Shown here piece after piece: positions 1 through 10,031 of a stretch of 33,909 nucleotides of DNA (position 1 is the first letter of the stretch; every line of letters starts with the position of its first letter). Source of the stretch: Pseudomonadota bacterium (GTDB lineage Bacteria; Pseudomonadota; Alphaproteobacteria; Sphingomonadales; Sphingomonadaceae); NCBI GenBank assembly GCA_018240825.1, contig JAFEEZ010000136.1, forward strand, positions 1 through 33,909, written 5' to 3'. Below the pieces are notes generated by a model. It was not told the origin of the DNA. It saw only the letters and a list, made by a program, of their open reading frames with translations, and searched no databases. The translations under genes and the position numbers were made by a program.

Positions 1-229
1 CGACTGGTATGTGAACCCGTCGGCGCCGACCGAGCGGATGAAGGTGACGGTCACGATCCTCGATCAGGACCTGCGCGCCGACGCGGTCCGCGTCGCAGCA
101 CTTCGCCAGATCAACCAGGGCGGCCAGTGGGTGGCCGCGCCGGTGCAGGCCGCGACCGTCCAGAAGCTCGAGGATATCATCCTTACCCGCGCCCGGGATC
201 TGCGTCGCGCGGCCGTCGTCGCCAAGTAG
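1..229 (+). CDS. DUF3576-family protein, 3' part (truncated by window start)
   Basis: Open frame from position 2 (DWYVNPSAPTERMKVTVTILDQDLRADA...LEDIILTRARDLR) resembles the DUF3576 C-terminus; usual neighbour upstream of leuS in alphaproteobacteria. Confidence 0.75.
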   Translation, partial: DWYVNPSAPTERMKVTVTILDQDLRADAVRVAALRQINQGGQWVAAPVQAATVQKLEDIILTRARDLRRAAVVAK

Positions 230-273
230 CAACCGGTGGGCGGCTGATGCCCCGCCCAACAGGATAACAGACC

Positions 274-2766
274 ATGTCACGCTTCAATCCACTGAAGGCC
301 GACGCCCGGTGGCAAAAGGTGTGGGACGAACGCCAGACGTTCGCCGCGAGGGATGATTCGCCCAAGCCCAAGAGCTACGTGCTCGAAATGTTTCCGTATC
401 CCTCGGGACGGATCCATATGGGACACGTCCGCAACTACACGATGGGCGACGTGCTGGCGCGCTATCGCCGGATGAAGGGCATGGAAGTGCTCCACCCGAT
501 GGGGTGGGACGCGTTCGGCATGCCGGCCGAGAATGCGGCGATGGAGAAGGGCGTGCATCCCGGCGGCTGGACGCGGGCGAACATCGCGACGATGAAGGCG
601 CAATTGAAGCGGCTGGGCTTCGCGCTCGACTGGAGCCGTGAACTGGCGACGTGCGAGCCCGATTATTACGGGCACGAGCAAGCGCTGTTCCTCGACATGT
701 TCGCGAACGGGCTGGTCTACCGCAAGGAATCGTCGGTCAACTGGGACCCGGTCGACATGACCGTGCTGGCCAACGAGCAAGTGATCGACGGGCGGGGCTG
801 GCGATCGGGCGCACTGGTCGAAAAGCGCAAGCTCAACCAGTGGTTTCTGAAGATCACGCAGTTCGCCGACGAATTGCTGGAAGGGCTGGGCGAGCTGAAG
901 AACTGGCCCGACAAGGTCCGGCTGATGCAGGAAAACTGGATCGGCAAAAGCCAGGGTCTGCAATTCCGCTGGAAGATGAGCGACGGGGGGGAGGTCGAGG
1001 TGTTCACCACGCGCCCCGACACGATCTTCGGCGCAAGCTTCGTCGCGGTCGCGGCGGATCACCCGATTGCGCAAAGACTTGCGGCGAATGACGCCAAGGC
1101 GGCGGCGTTCGTCGAACTGTGCAAGCTGGGCGGCACCACCGCGGCCGAACTGGAGACGCAGGAGAAGCTCGGCTTCGACACCGGGCTGACCGTGACGCAT
1201 CCGTTCGACGCGACGATCAAGCTGCCGCTCTACATCGCGAACTTCGTGCTGATGGACTATGGCGCCGGCGCGGTGTTCGGCGTGCCGGCGCACGACCAGC
1301 GCGACTTCGAATTCGCGAGCAAATACGGCCTGACCATCCGCCGTGTCGTGTCGGATGGCGACAAGACCGATCCGGTTTTCACCGACGCCGAGGCCTGGTC
1401 GGGGCCGGGCACGCTGTTGAACTCGCATTTTCTCGACGGGATGGACGTCGAGGACGCCAAACGCGAGGTCATCCGCCGCGCCGAGGATGGCGGCTGGGGC
1501 CACGGCACCACGGTGTTCCGGCTGCGCGATTGGGGCGTCAGCCGCCAGCGTTACTGGGGCACGCCGATCCCGATCATCCACTGTGCGACGTGCGGCGCGG
1601 CGCCGGTGCCGCGCGATCAGCTGCCGGTAATGCTTCCCGAGGACGTGTCGTTCGATGTCCCGGGCAATCCGTTGGATCGCCATCCGACCTGGAAGCATGT
1701 CGCCTGCCCCTCGTGCGGCGGTGAAGCGGTACGCGAAACCGACACGCTCGACACGTTCGCCGATTCATCATGGTATTTCATCCGCTTCGCGAGCGCGCCC
1801 GAGGATCGGCCGTTCGACCGCGCGACCGCCGAAAAATGGTTGCCGGTCGGGCAATATATCGGCGGGGTGGAGCATGCGATCCTGCACTTGCTCTATGCAC
1901 GCTTCTGGACTCGCGCGCTGCGTCACATGGACATGCTCGACGTCGCCGAACCGTTCGCCGGGCTGTTCACGCAAGGCATGGTGACGCACGAGACCTACAA
2001 GTCGGTCGAGGGCAAATGGCTGTCGCCCGACGAGGTGCGTAACGGCAGCGAGATCGAAACCGGGCTGCCGATCACGGTTGGCCGCATCGAGAAGATGTCG
2101 AAGTCGAAGAAGAACACGATCGATCCCGAACCGATCGTCGACCAATACGGCGCCGACGCGACGCGGTGGTTCATGCTGTCCGATTCGCCGCCCGAGCGCG
2201 ACCTGCAATGGAGCGAAGCGGGGATCGAGGGTGCGTGGCGCTTCGTCCAGCGGCTATGGCGGCTGGTCGACGGGATCACGGAGGGCGAGGGCGGCGACGC
2301 CGCGCTCGACCGCAAGCTTGCGCAGACGGTCGCGGGGGTCGCGACCGACATCGAAGCGCTACAGTTCAATAAGGCGGTCGCCAAGCTCTACGAGTTGGTC
2401 AACACAATCGAAAAGGCCGCGCCGTCGGCCTCGCGCACGACCGCAATCCGCACGCTGGTGCGGCTGGTCGCGCCGATGACCCCGCACCTCGCGGGAGAAG
2501 CGTGGGCGGCGATGGGCGCAGGGGGGCTGGTCGCGGACGCCGACTGGCCGAGCTACGATCCCGCTTTGCTGGTCGACGACGAGGTGACGATCGCGATTCA
2601 GGTCAACGGCAAGTTGCGCGACACGCTGACCATGCCCAGGGGTTCGCCCAAGGGCGCGATCGAGGCCGCCGCGCGCGCCAACGCCAACGTCGTGCGTCTG
2701 CTCGACGGCGCGGAGCCCAAGAAAGTGATTGTCGTCCCTGATCGTCTGGTCAATCTGGTCGCATGA
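274..2766 (+). CDS. leuS: Leucine--tRNA ligase
   Basis: 830 aa; MFPYPSG-HMGH (HIGH motif), KMSKS, editing-domain TTRPDT, C-terminal IQVNGKLR. Confidence 0.99.
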   Translation: MSRFNPLKADARWQKVWDERQTFAARDDSPKPKSYVLEMFPYPSGRIHMGHVRNYTMGDVLARYRRMKGMEVLHPMGWDAFGMPAENAAMEKGVHPGGWTRANIATMKAQLKRLGFALDWSRELATCEPDYYGHEQALFLDMFANGLVYRKESSVNWDPVDMTVLANEQVIDGRGWRSGALVEKRKLNQWFLKITQFADELLEGLGELKNWPDKVRLMQENWIGKSQGLQFRWKMSDGGEVEVFTTRPDTIFGASFVAVAADHPIAQRLAANDAKAAAFVELCKLGGTTAAELETQEKLGFDTGLTVTHPFDATIKLPLYIANFVLMDYGAGAVFGVPAHDQRDFEFASKYGLTIRRVVSDGDKTDPVFTDAEAWSGPGTLLNSHFLDGMDVEDAKREVIRRAEDGGWGHGTTVFRLRDWGVSRQRYWGTPIPIIHCATCGAAPVPRDQLPVMLPEDVSFDVPGNPLDRHPTWKHVACPSCGGEAVRETDTLDTFADSSWYFIRFASAPEDRPFDRATAEKWLPVGQYIGGVEHAILHLLYARFWTRALRHMDMLDVAEPFAGLFTQGMVTHETYKSVEGKWLSPDEVRNGSEIETGLPITVGRIEKMSKSKKNTIDPEPIVDQYGADATRWFMLSDSPPERDLQWSEAGIEGAWRFVQRLWRLVDGITEGEGGDAALDRKLAQTVAGVATDIEALQFNKAVAKLYELVNTIEKAAPSASRTTAIRTLVRLVAPMTPHLAGEAWAAMGAGGLVADADWPSYDPALLVDDEVTIAIQVNGKLRDTLTMPRGSPKGAIEAAARANANVVRLLDGAEPKKVIVVPDRLVNLVA

Positions 2767-3254
2767 AGCGGCTCGTGCTCCTGCTCGCGCTCACGCTCAC
2801 AGCCTGTGGTCTGCATCCGCTTTATGAAGGCGGAGGGTCGGGGAACGTCGCGCGCGGGCTGGCGGGAATCGAGGTCGCGCCGATCGCGGGCAAGACCGGT
2901 TATTTGATGACCAACGCGCTGCGTGATCGCTTGCCCGCACGCGCGGATACGGCGCCGAAGTACCGGCTCGAGATCAAGCTGGACGATTCGATCGTCGGGT
3001 TGGGCGTGCGGCGCGACAATACCGTCACGCGCGAACGCCGATCGCTGCGCGCCCGGTATCAACTGGTCGATGCGGCCACCGGAGAAACGCTGCTCGACGC
3101 GACCGCTGGTTCCGACGCCGGGGTCGACGTGGTCAGTTCCGAATACGCCACCATCGCCGCCGAGAATACGGCGCTCGAAAACCTGACCGACATCGTCGCC
3201 GATCAGATCGTGACTCGTATCGCGGTCTATGCGCGCCGCGCCGCGGTGAAGTGA
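2763..3254 (+). CDS. lptE: LPS-assembly lipoprotein LptE
   Basis: Lipobox LTAC after a signal peptide, then GLHPLY; conserved leuS-lptE-holA order; ATGA overlap with leuS. Confidence 0.9.
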   Translation: MKRLVLLLALTLTACGLHPLYEGGGSGNVARGLAGIEVAPIAGKTGYLMTNALRDRLPARADTAPKYRLEIKLDDSIVGLGVRRDNTVTRERRSLRARYQLVDAATGETLLDATAGSDAGVDVVSSEYATIAAENTALENLTDIVADQIVTRIAVYARRAAVK

Positions 3255-4270
3255 AAGCGTCGGAAAACCAATTAGTTAATGCGCTTGATGCAGCATCGCC
3301 GGCGATTCGACTCTACCTCCTTCACGGCCCCGACGAGGCCGGCGCAGCCGATTATGCAGCGCGCCTCGGCCGCGCGCTTGGCGTCGACGCCGAAAAGGTG
3401 CTCATCGACGGATCGTCTCTGAAAGGCGATCCCGGCCGGGTGGTCGACGAAGCGCGTTCGTTGGCGCTGTTCGGCGGCCGACGCTGGATTCTCGTTAGCG
3501 GGGCGGGAGAAGATGCACTGGAGGCGGCGCAATTGCTGATCGCCGAACCGCACGTCGAGCACGCCGTCGTGATTCTCGCGCCCGGAGTGCGCACCAAGGG
3601 CAAACTGGTCGAATTCGCCGTCGCGCAGCCGGCCGCAATGAGTTTCGCCTGCTATGTGCCCGACGGCGCCAACGCCGAACGCCTGGTGGCCGCGATCGCA
3701 CGCGAGCACGGTCTGCGACCTAGCCAGAACGCGACGCGGCGGTTGATGGCCGCTTCGAACGGCGACCGCGCGGTCATCGCCCGTGAGGTCGAAAAGCTGG
3801 CGCTCTATCTCGACGCCGCCCCTGATCGTCCGCGCGATCTCGATAATGACGTGCTCGACGCGCTGGGGGCGGAACTCGGCGATTCACAGATGTCCGATGT
3901 CATCGATGCCGCGCTCGAAGGGCGGGTGCGCGATATTGCGCGCGAACTCGCCCGATTCACCGAATCCGGCGGCGCGGCGATTCCGCTGCTGCGTCAGATC
4001 GTCCGCAAGCTGATGAATCTGGCGGTGATGCGGGGTGAAGTCGACAGCGGCGCGGACGTCGCGGCGACGGTCAAAAAACGCCGGCTGCATTTTCGCGAGG
4101 AGCCGGGGACGATCCGCCTGCTTCAGCGCTGGCGCGCGGGCGAGATCGCGGCGGCGATCGGACGTCTGCGTCGCGCCGAACGCGCACTGATGTCGCCGGG
4201 CGGAGCGGGCGAGATTCTGTCCGACGCTGCAATTACGGAAACGACGCGCGCGGCGGCCAGGGCGCGCTGA
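3251..4270 (+). CDS. holA: DNA polymerase III delta subunit
   Basis: LYLLHGPD, SLALFGGRR, EVEKLALY motifs; 339 aa; synteny; GTGA overlap with lptE. Confidence 0.93.
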   Translation: MKASENQLVNALDAASPAIRLYLLHGPDEAGAADYAARLGRALGVDAEKVLIDGSSLKGDPGRVVDEARSLALFGGRRWILVSGAGEDALEAAQLLIAEPHVEHAVVILAPGVRTKGKLVEFAVAQPAAMSFACYVPDGANAERLVAAIAREHGLRPSQNATRRLMAASNGDRAVIAREVEKLALYLDAAPDRPRDLDNDVLDALGAELGDSQMSDVIDAALEGRVRDIARELARFTESGGAAIPLLRQIVRKLMNLAVMRGEVDSGADVAATVKKRRLHFREEPGTIRLLQRWRAGEIAAAIGRLRRAERALMSPGGAGEILSDAAITETTRAAARAR

Positions 4271-4281
4271 TTCAACGCGCG

Positions 4282-5151
4282 TTAAAGCGGTTCGCCGGTC
4301 AGCCGCTGGCAGACCATGTCGAGTTGATCGAGCGTCGAATAGGCGACCGTCAGCGTCCCGCCCTTCGGGCCATAGCTGATCCTGACGCCAAGTCCGATGA
4401 CGTCGCTTAGCTGACGCTCGAGCGCCGCGATGTCCGCGTTGCGACCGCTACCCGACCCGTTTTTGGCGTCATCGCTCTTGGCGGAGCGTGCGAGCCGCTC
4501 GGTTTCGCGCACCGACAAGCCCTTGGCGACAACTTCAGCCGCCAGGCGCTCGACATCGGGGGCCCCGATCAGTGCGCGAGCGTGGCCCATGTCGATCCGG
4601 CCATCGATCAGCAGCGCTTGCACGCTTTCAGGAAGATCGAGCAACCTCAACAGGTTGGCTATATGGCTCCGCGATTTGTTGACGAGTTTGGCAAGTGCTT
4701 CCTGCGTATGGCCGAACTCCGTGACCAACCGTTTGTAGGCATCGGCTTCCTCCACCGCATTGAGATCGCGGCGTTGGATGTTCTCGAGCACCGCGATCTC
4801 GAACGTGTCGGCATCGTCGAGCTCGCGGACGATGACGGGCACCTCGTGCAAGCGGGCGCGCTGCGCCGCTCGCCAGCGGCGTTCGCCGGCGACGATCTGA
4901 TAATTGCGGCCATGCGGCCGGACCAGAATCGGCTGAAGCACGCCGCGCGCCGCAATCGATTGCGCCAACTCCTCCAGCGCGGCTTCCTCGAACGCTCGCC
5001 GCGGCTGGTCCGGCTGCGGGGTCAGCGCCCCGACCGGCATCATGCGAATGCCCGACGCCGCGTCGCCGGTCGCGGGCATCGGCTCCGCGGCGATATCGCC
5101 CAGCAAGGCGTTGAGGCCGCGCCCCAGACCCGATCGTGGCTTGCTGCTCAT
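4282..5151 (-). CDS. parB: Chromosome partitioning CTPase ParB
   Basis: LGRGLNALL N-terminus, QPRR, GVLQPILVR, AGERRWRAA, ENIQRRDL, HTH SRSHIANLLRLL. Confidence 0.98.
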   Translation of the reverse strand: MSSKPRSGLGRGLNALLGDIAAEPMPATGDAASGIRMMPVGALTPQPDQPRRAFEEAALEELAQSIAARGVLQPILVRPHGRNYQIVAGERRWRAAQRARLHEVPVIVRELDDADTFEIAVLENIQRRDLNAVEEADAYKRLVTEFGHTQEALAKLVNKSRSHIANLLRLLDLPESVQALLIDGRIDMGHARALIGAPDVERLAAEVVAKGLSVRETERLARSAKSDDAKNGSGSGRNADIAALERQLSDVIGLGVRISYGPKGGTLTVAYSTLDQLDMVCQRLTGEPL

Positions 5152-5933
5152 GCCGCAACCGCCGACTTGGCGGGCGGCAGCCGCCCGATCAATTCGCGGG
5201 CGAGCGCCATATACGCTTCCGACCCGGAGCAGCGATAATCGTAGATCAAGGCAGGCACTCCATGGCTCGGCGCTTCGGATAGCCGGACGTTGCGCGGGAT
5301 CACCGTGTCGAACACGACCTTGCCGAGGACAGCGCGTACGTCGGCCGACACCTGTTCGGTGAGACGATTACGCCGGTCGTACATGGTGAGCGCCACGCCG
5401 AGGATGGCGAGGCCCGGATTGAATCGCGACCGTATCCGTTCGACGGTGCTGAGAAGCTGGCTAAGCCCTTCTAAAGCAAAGAATTCACATTGCAGCGGCA
5501 CCAGCAGCGAGTCCGCCGCGACCATCGCATTGATGGTCAACAGCCCAAGCGATGGAGGACAATCGATCAAGACGACATCCCAACGGCCATCCGAGGCCGA
5601 AAGGGCGTGGTCGAGCCGATGGGTGCGTTCCTCATAATCGACCAGCTCGATCTCAGCGCCGGACAGGTCGACCGTCGCGGGCACGATGTCGAGTTGAGGC
5701 ACCGCCGTCGACCTCGCTGCGTCGCCGACACGCACTTCACCAATCAGCACTTCGTAACTCGATTTCGCACGGCTCGAGCGATGAATGCCAAGACCGGTAG
5801 ACGCGTTGCCCTGAGGATCGAGATCGACGATAAGCACCTTTTTCCCGGTCGCCGCCAGCGCCGTGCCGAGATTGATCGCGGTTGTGGTCTTACCCACTCC
5901 GCCTTTTTGGTTTGCGACAGCGATGACTGTCAT
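5148..5933 (-). CDS. parA: Chromosome partitioning ATPase ParA (Soj)
   Basis: Start reassigned to ATG 5933 (MTVIAVANQKGGVGKTTT; ATGA overlap with the rsmG stop); DLDPQGNAS, IDCPPSLG, IPRNVRLSEAPS. Confidence 0.98.
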   Translation of the reverse strand: MTVIAVANQKGGVGKTTTAINLGTALAATGKKVLIVDLDPQGNASTGLGIHRSSRAKSSYEVLIGEVRVGDAARSTAVPQLDIVPATVDLSGAEIELVDYEERTHRLDHALSASDGRWDVVLIDCPPSLGLLTINAMVAADSLLVPLQCEFFALEGLSQLLSTVERIRSRFNPGLAILGVALTMYDRRNRLTEQVSADVRAVLGKVVFDTVIPRNVRLSEAPSHGVPALIYDYRCSGSEAYMALARELIGRLPPAKSAVAA

Positions 5934-6538
5934 CGGCGCCTCACGTTGCGGGCGACCACAATAGCCGATTCGGAATTGGTAATGCTCGGTTCCACGTGAA
6001 ACACTCCATGCCACTTCCGCCGCGCCTCCGCCACCTCCTCTCGAGTGTTGCGGCCCTTTGGAAGCAACCATACCGTATGATCGTCGGCGCAGTGCCCCGC
6101 GGATGCAAACAGCGCGCCGACGCGCCCAACCGCCCGCGCTGAAATAATTGCGGCTTTTTCGCGCAAACCTTCAACCTTGTCGGTAACAACCGTGACTCTC
6201 GTCAGACCAAGCCGACGGGCGGCGTCACGCAAGTGATCAGCCCGCAATCGCCGCGGCGCCGCCAGGATCATGACGCGATCGGGGTCGGCCGCCGCAACGG
6301 CCAGACCGGGAAAACCGGCTCCTGTACCGATGTCGAGCCACGTTCCGGTTGGCGCCAGCAATAGCAGTTGGAGCGAATCGACGATATGCCGCGCCCACAT
6401 CGCCTTCACCGTAGAGCGCGCAATCAGGTTCTGACGTTGGTTCTCGGCAGTGACGATCTCTACCAGTCGATCCAGTCTGCCCATCACAGAGGAATCGAAG
6501 TAGCAAGCCGCCCAAGCTCGCGCCTCAACGTCGTTCAC
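5930..6538 (-). CDS. rsmG: 16S rRNA m7G527 methyltransferase RsmG (GidB)
   Basis: RHIVDSLQL, LDIGTGAGFPG, SARA, LLPKG; lies between mnmG and parA. Confidence 0.95.
   Translation of the reverse strand: MNDVEARAWAACYFDSSVMGRLDRLVEIVTAENQRQNLIARSTVKAMWARHIVDSLQLLLLAPTGTWLDIGTGAGFPGLAVAAADPDRVMILAAPRRLRADHLRDAARRLGLTRVTVVTDKVEGLREKAAIISARAVGRVGALFASAGHCADDHTVWLLPKGRNTREEVAEARRKWHGVFHVEPSITNSESAIVVARNVRRR
5988..6003. promoter_or_regulatory. parS centromere site inside rsmG
   Basis: GGTTCCACGTGAAACA, 2 mismatches to the parS consensus TGTTTCACGTGAAACA; 55 bp upstream of the parA start. Confidence 0.85.
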
Positions 6539-8364
6539 GCCGCGCGCCGGTTGGCATGGAGGAGGATGGCCGTAAGCGCAGCGGGCGTTATCCCGCGAAT
6601 GCGTCCGGCGGCCGCCAGGGTCGTCGGCCGGGCGGCCGTCAGACGCTCGATCATCTCGATCGACAGCCCCGGAATAGCCGCAAAGTCGAGATCCCCGTGC
6701 AATTCTACGCGTTCGCTCGCGCGAAGTTCCGCCATCTCTGTTTCCTGGCGCTCCACATACGGAGCGTAACGCGCATCATCGATCGCCTCGAGAGTCACAG
6801 GAGTGACAGCGCCGGCAAGCTCCGGAGCGACGTCGGCAAGGCCGACATCGGGGAAACGAAGCCATTCCCGCGCGGTGCGGCGCCCGCCATCTTGCCCGAC
6901 GCCAGTGTGCGCGAGCGCGCTGGCGGTAATTGGGCGGGAAAGAGCAGCATCGATCGCCGCGCGCTCCGCATTCCGCGCACGCACATGCCGCAGGCGATCC
7001 GGGCCGAGCAGGCCCGCTGCTTCCGCCGCCGGGGACAAGCGGGTTTCGGCGTTATCGGCACGCAGCCGCAGCCGAAATTCGGCGCGAGCAGTCAACATGC
7101 GATAAGGTTCGGTAACGCCCTGCAATACCAGGTCGTCGATCATGACGCCGATATAGCTTTGCGTGCGGTCGAGAACGAACGGGCTAAGGCCAAGCGCAAG
7201 CGCCGCAGCGTTGGCGCCCGCGACAAGGCCCTGGGCCGCCGCCTCCTCATACCCGGTGGTGCCGTTGATCTGGCCCGCACAGAACAGTCCGGGTAGCGCC
7301 GTCAGACCAAGCCGATGGTCGAGCGAGCACGGGTCAATGTGCTCGTATTCGACGGCATAGCCGAACGCCGTGATGCGAGCCCGTCCCAACCCGGGGATCG
7401 ATGCGATCAACGCCGCCTGCACATCGGCGGGAAGCGAGGTGGAAAGACCATTGGGATAGACGGTCGCGTCGTCCAGGCCCTCCGGCTCGAGAAATACCTG
7501 GTGCCCGTCGCGGTCGCCGAACCGGCGAACCTTGTCTTCTATCGAAGGGCAATAGCGCGGACCCTCTCCCTCTATTTCGCCGCTGAAGAGCGGCGAACGA
7601 TCGAACGCCGCGCGAATTGCGGCATGCGTCGCTTCCGTAGTGCGCGTGATCGCGCACGCCAATTGGGGGAGGGGGCGAGCGAACGAAAGCGCGGACATCG
7701 TCCAGAACTCTTCATCGGAAGGCTGACGCTCCAGTCTCGCCCAGTCGATCGTGCGGCCATCCAGCCGCGGCGGCGTTCCGGTCTTCAGCCGCGTCATTGG
7801 CAGACCGAGGTGGCGCAGCTGATCCGCCATCGCGGTAGCCGCGCGCTCACCGAGCCGGCCGCCCGCCTCGCGATCTTCACCGCGAAACATACGCGCGCCG
7901 AGGAAGGTTCCGGTGGCGAGCACAATCGCAGGAGCGTTTATGACGCGGCCATCGGCAAGCGTAATGCCGGTGGCGACGTTGCGCCGAATGTTGAGCGAGA
8001 CTGCCTCGCCGGCGATCCAGGAAACGCGGCGATGCGCGCGGAGCAGTCCGCGTACGGCGCCGCTGAACCGCCCGCGATCGGCCTGCACCCTCGGCCCGCG
8101 GACCGCCGCGCCCTTGCTGCGATTGAGCAGGCGGTAGTGAATGGCGGCCGCATCTGCCGCTCGCGCGATAATGCCATCACAAGCGTCGACTTCGCGCACC
8201 AAATGCCCCTTGCCCAGACCGCCAATGCTGGGGTTGCAGGACATCGCGCCGATATTAGCCAGATCAAAGGTGACCATCGCGACTTTTGCGCCTCGTCGTG
8301 AGGCGGCCGCGGCCGCCTCGACGCCGGCGTGGCCGCCGCCTACGATGATGACGTCGAAAGTCAT
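6535..8364 (-). CDS. mnmG: tRNA uridine-5-carboxymethylaminomethyl(34) synthesis enzyme MnmG (GidA)
   Basis: Start at ATG 8364 (MTFDVIIVGGGHAGVEAA); MSCNPSIGG, RLKTGTPPRL, GPRYCPSIEDK, AGQINGTTGYEEAAAQG. Confidence 0.98.
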   Translation of the reverse strand: MTFDVIIVGGGHAGVEAAAAASRRGAKVAMVTFDLANIGAMSCNPSIGGLGKGHLVREVDACDGIIARAADAAAIHYRLLNRSKGAAVRGPRVQADRGRFSGAVRGLLRAHRRVSWIAGEAVSLNIRRNVATGITLADGRVINAPAIVLATGTFLGARMFRGEDREAGGRLGERAATAMADQLRHLGLPMTRLKTGTPPRLDGRTIDWARLERQPSDEEFWTMSALSFARPLPQLACAITRTTEATHAAIRAAFDRSPLFSGEIEGEGPRYCPSIEDKVRRFGDRDGHQVFLEPEGLDDATVYPNGLSTSLPADVQAALIASIPGLGRARITAFGYAVEYEHIDPCSLDHRLGLTALPGLFCAGQINGTTGYEEAAAQGLVAGANAAALALGLSPFVLDRTQSYIGVMIDDLVLQGVTEPYRMLTARAEFRLRLRADNAETRLSPAAEAAGLLGPDRLRHVRARNAERAAIDAALSRPITASALAHTGVGQDGGRRTAREWLRFPDVGLADVAPELAGAVTPVTLEAIDDARYAPYVERQETEMAELRASERVELHGDLDFAAIPGLSIEMIERLTAARPTTLAAAGRIRGITPAALTAILLHANRRAA

Positions 8365-8382
8365 GGCGTGGGAGTAACACGT

Positions 8383-8398
8383 TGTTTCACGTGGAACA
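8383..8398. promoter_or_regulatory. parS centromere site between mnmE and mnmG
   Basis: TGTTTCACGTGGAACA, 1 mismatch to consensus; abuts the mnmE stop codon. Confidence 0.92.
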
Positions 8399-9679
8399 CT
8401 ATTTTCCAACGCAGAACTTGACGAACAGCGCATCAAGCATCGCTTCGACGCCTACATGGCCGGTGATTCGCGCCAGCGCGTCATTAGCTCTTCGCAGGGC
8501 GTCGGCCAGGATCAGTTCGTCGGGGGTTTGAACATCGCCGAGCGCCTTGAGCGAAGCGCGGCAATGTTCGGCTTGCCGCGCATTTAGCGCGAGATCGCCG
8601 GGTTTGGGGATCAACCCGGACGACCTTGCGGCGATAAAAGTCCAAAGCGCCTCGACCGACTCGTCGCGATGGGCCGACACGGAAAGGACCGGCCCCTCAG
8701 GCAGGTTTTCCCGGCCTGGCGCATCGGCGCGCGCATGGATCCACACCATCGTCGCCGCCGGGGGCGCTGCATCGCCAAGCCAAAGCACGATATCAGCGCG
8801 CGCGATCGCTTCGTCCGCGCGCGCGATCCCGATGCGCTCGATCTCGTCATGCGTCGACGCGCGCAAACCCGCCGTGTCCGTCAATACGAACGGGACGCCG
8901 TCGCGCGCCACCGGCACTTCGATCCGATCGCGCGTGGTGCCGGCGATCGGCGACACAATCGCCGCCTCGCGTCGCGCCAATGCGTTGAGCAAAGTCGATT
9001 TTCCGCTGTTGGGCGGCCCCGCCAGCACGACACGGACGCCGTCGCGCAGCCGTTCGACCGTCGGCGCGGCGAGTGCCGCGGCCATCGAATCCGCAACCGC
9101 GTGCGCGCCGTCGCGGATTCCGGCGAGCAATGCCGGCGGAACATCCGCCTCGTCGGCGAAATCGAGCGACGATTCGACCTGCGCCGCGAGATCCGCCAAT
9201 TCGGCGCGCCATTCTGCGATGCGCCGCGATAACGCGCCATCGGCCGTCGCCAGCGCGGCGCGGCGTTGAAGCTCGGTCTCGGCGATCAACAGGTCGCCCA
9301 GACCCTCCGCCTCCGCGAGGTCGATCCGGCCGTTAACGAGCGCGCGCCGGGTGAACTCGCCGGGTTCGGCGCGACGCAGGCCCGGCTGGTCCGCGAGTGC
9401 GGCTTCCACCGCCGCGATGACGGCGCGGCCGCCATGCAGATGCAATTCGACCAAATCCTCGCCAGTCGCGGTAGCCGGCCCAGGAAACACCAGCACCAAG
9501 GCGCGATCGAGATGATCGCCACTCGCCGGATCGCGCACGGTGCGTACGCTGGCCTGACGTGGCGCGGGCAGGCCGCCGACCAGTGCGTGCGCTGCGGCGA
9601 GCGCCGCCGGCCCGCTGATGCGGACGATCGCGATCGCCGCCGGGGGCATCCCGGTCGAAGGGGCGTAGATCGTATCCAT
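8399..9679 (-). CDS. mnmE: tRNA modification GTPase MnmE (TrmE)
   Basis: MDTIYA, GEDLVELHLHGG, AEPGEFTRRA, GPPNSGKS (G1), GTTRD (G2), DTAG (G3), C-terminal FCVGK. Confidence 0.97.
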   Translation of the reverse strand: MDTIYAPSTGMPPAAIAIVRISGPAALAAAHALVGGLPAPRQASVRTVRDPASGDHLDRALVLVFPGPATATGEDLVELHLHGGRAVIAAVEAALADQPGLRRAEPGEFTRRALVNGRIDLAEAEGLGDLLIAETELQRRAALATADGALSRRIAEWRAELADLAAQVESSLDFADEADVPPALLAGIRDGAHAVADSMAAALAAPTVERLRDGVRVVLAGPPNSGKSTLLNALARREAAIVSPIAGTTRDRIEVPVARDGVPFVLTDTAGLRASTHDEIERIGIARADEAIARADIVLWLGDAAPPAATMVWIHARADAPGRENLPEGPVLSVSAHRDESVEALWTFIAARSSGLIPKPGDLALNARQAEHCRASLKALGDVQTPDELILADALRRANDALARITGHVGVEAMLDALFVKFCVGK

Positions 9680-9697
9680 CCAGCGGCCCGTCCGGCG

Positions 9698-9940
9698 TCA
9701 GCCCTTGCTCTTCTTGCCGGTCGCGTTGTCGAACAGGCCGCGCCAGAACGCCATGCTGGCGTCCCCCATCGGCATCCAGTTTTTCATCATATTTTCAATG
9801 AGTTCCGGCTTGATGGCGGTGCCGTCCATCGCGCCCATGATCGACTGGATGTATTTATCGTGGATCGGCGACAGATCGGGCAGCCCGACCGCGCGGCGCG
9901 CTTCCTCGGGGGTGCAATCCACCTCGACATTGATCTTCAT
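9698..9940 (-). CDS. DUF6489-family small protein
   Basis: MKINVEVDCTPEEARRAVGLPDLSP N-terminus is typical of this family; GC-biased codons; SD-like GAAGG upstream. Confidence 0.8.
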   Translation of the reverse strand: MKINVEVDCTPEEARRAVGLPDLSPIHDKYIQSIMGAMDGTAIKPELIENMMKNWMPMGDASMAFWRGLFDNATGKKSKG

Positions 9941-10031
9941 CGCGAACCTTCCCGCTTGAGCAGCGTGACCGTGCTGCTACCGTGCGCGCCTCTATGCCCC
10001 GGTATCCCGCCGGCTAGCAAGGAGAGCGACA

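Noticed and set aside
277-1698. Long antisense ORFs (e.g. 277-1698, 10888-12105, 12811-14181, 26500-28137, 30252-31607)
   Set aside because: Shadow frames of well-supported genes in high-GC DNA; no motifs.
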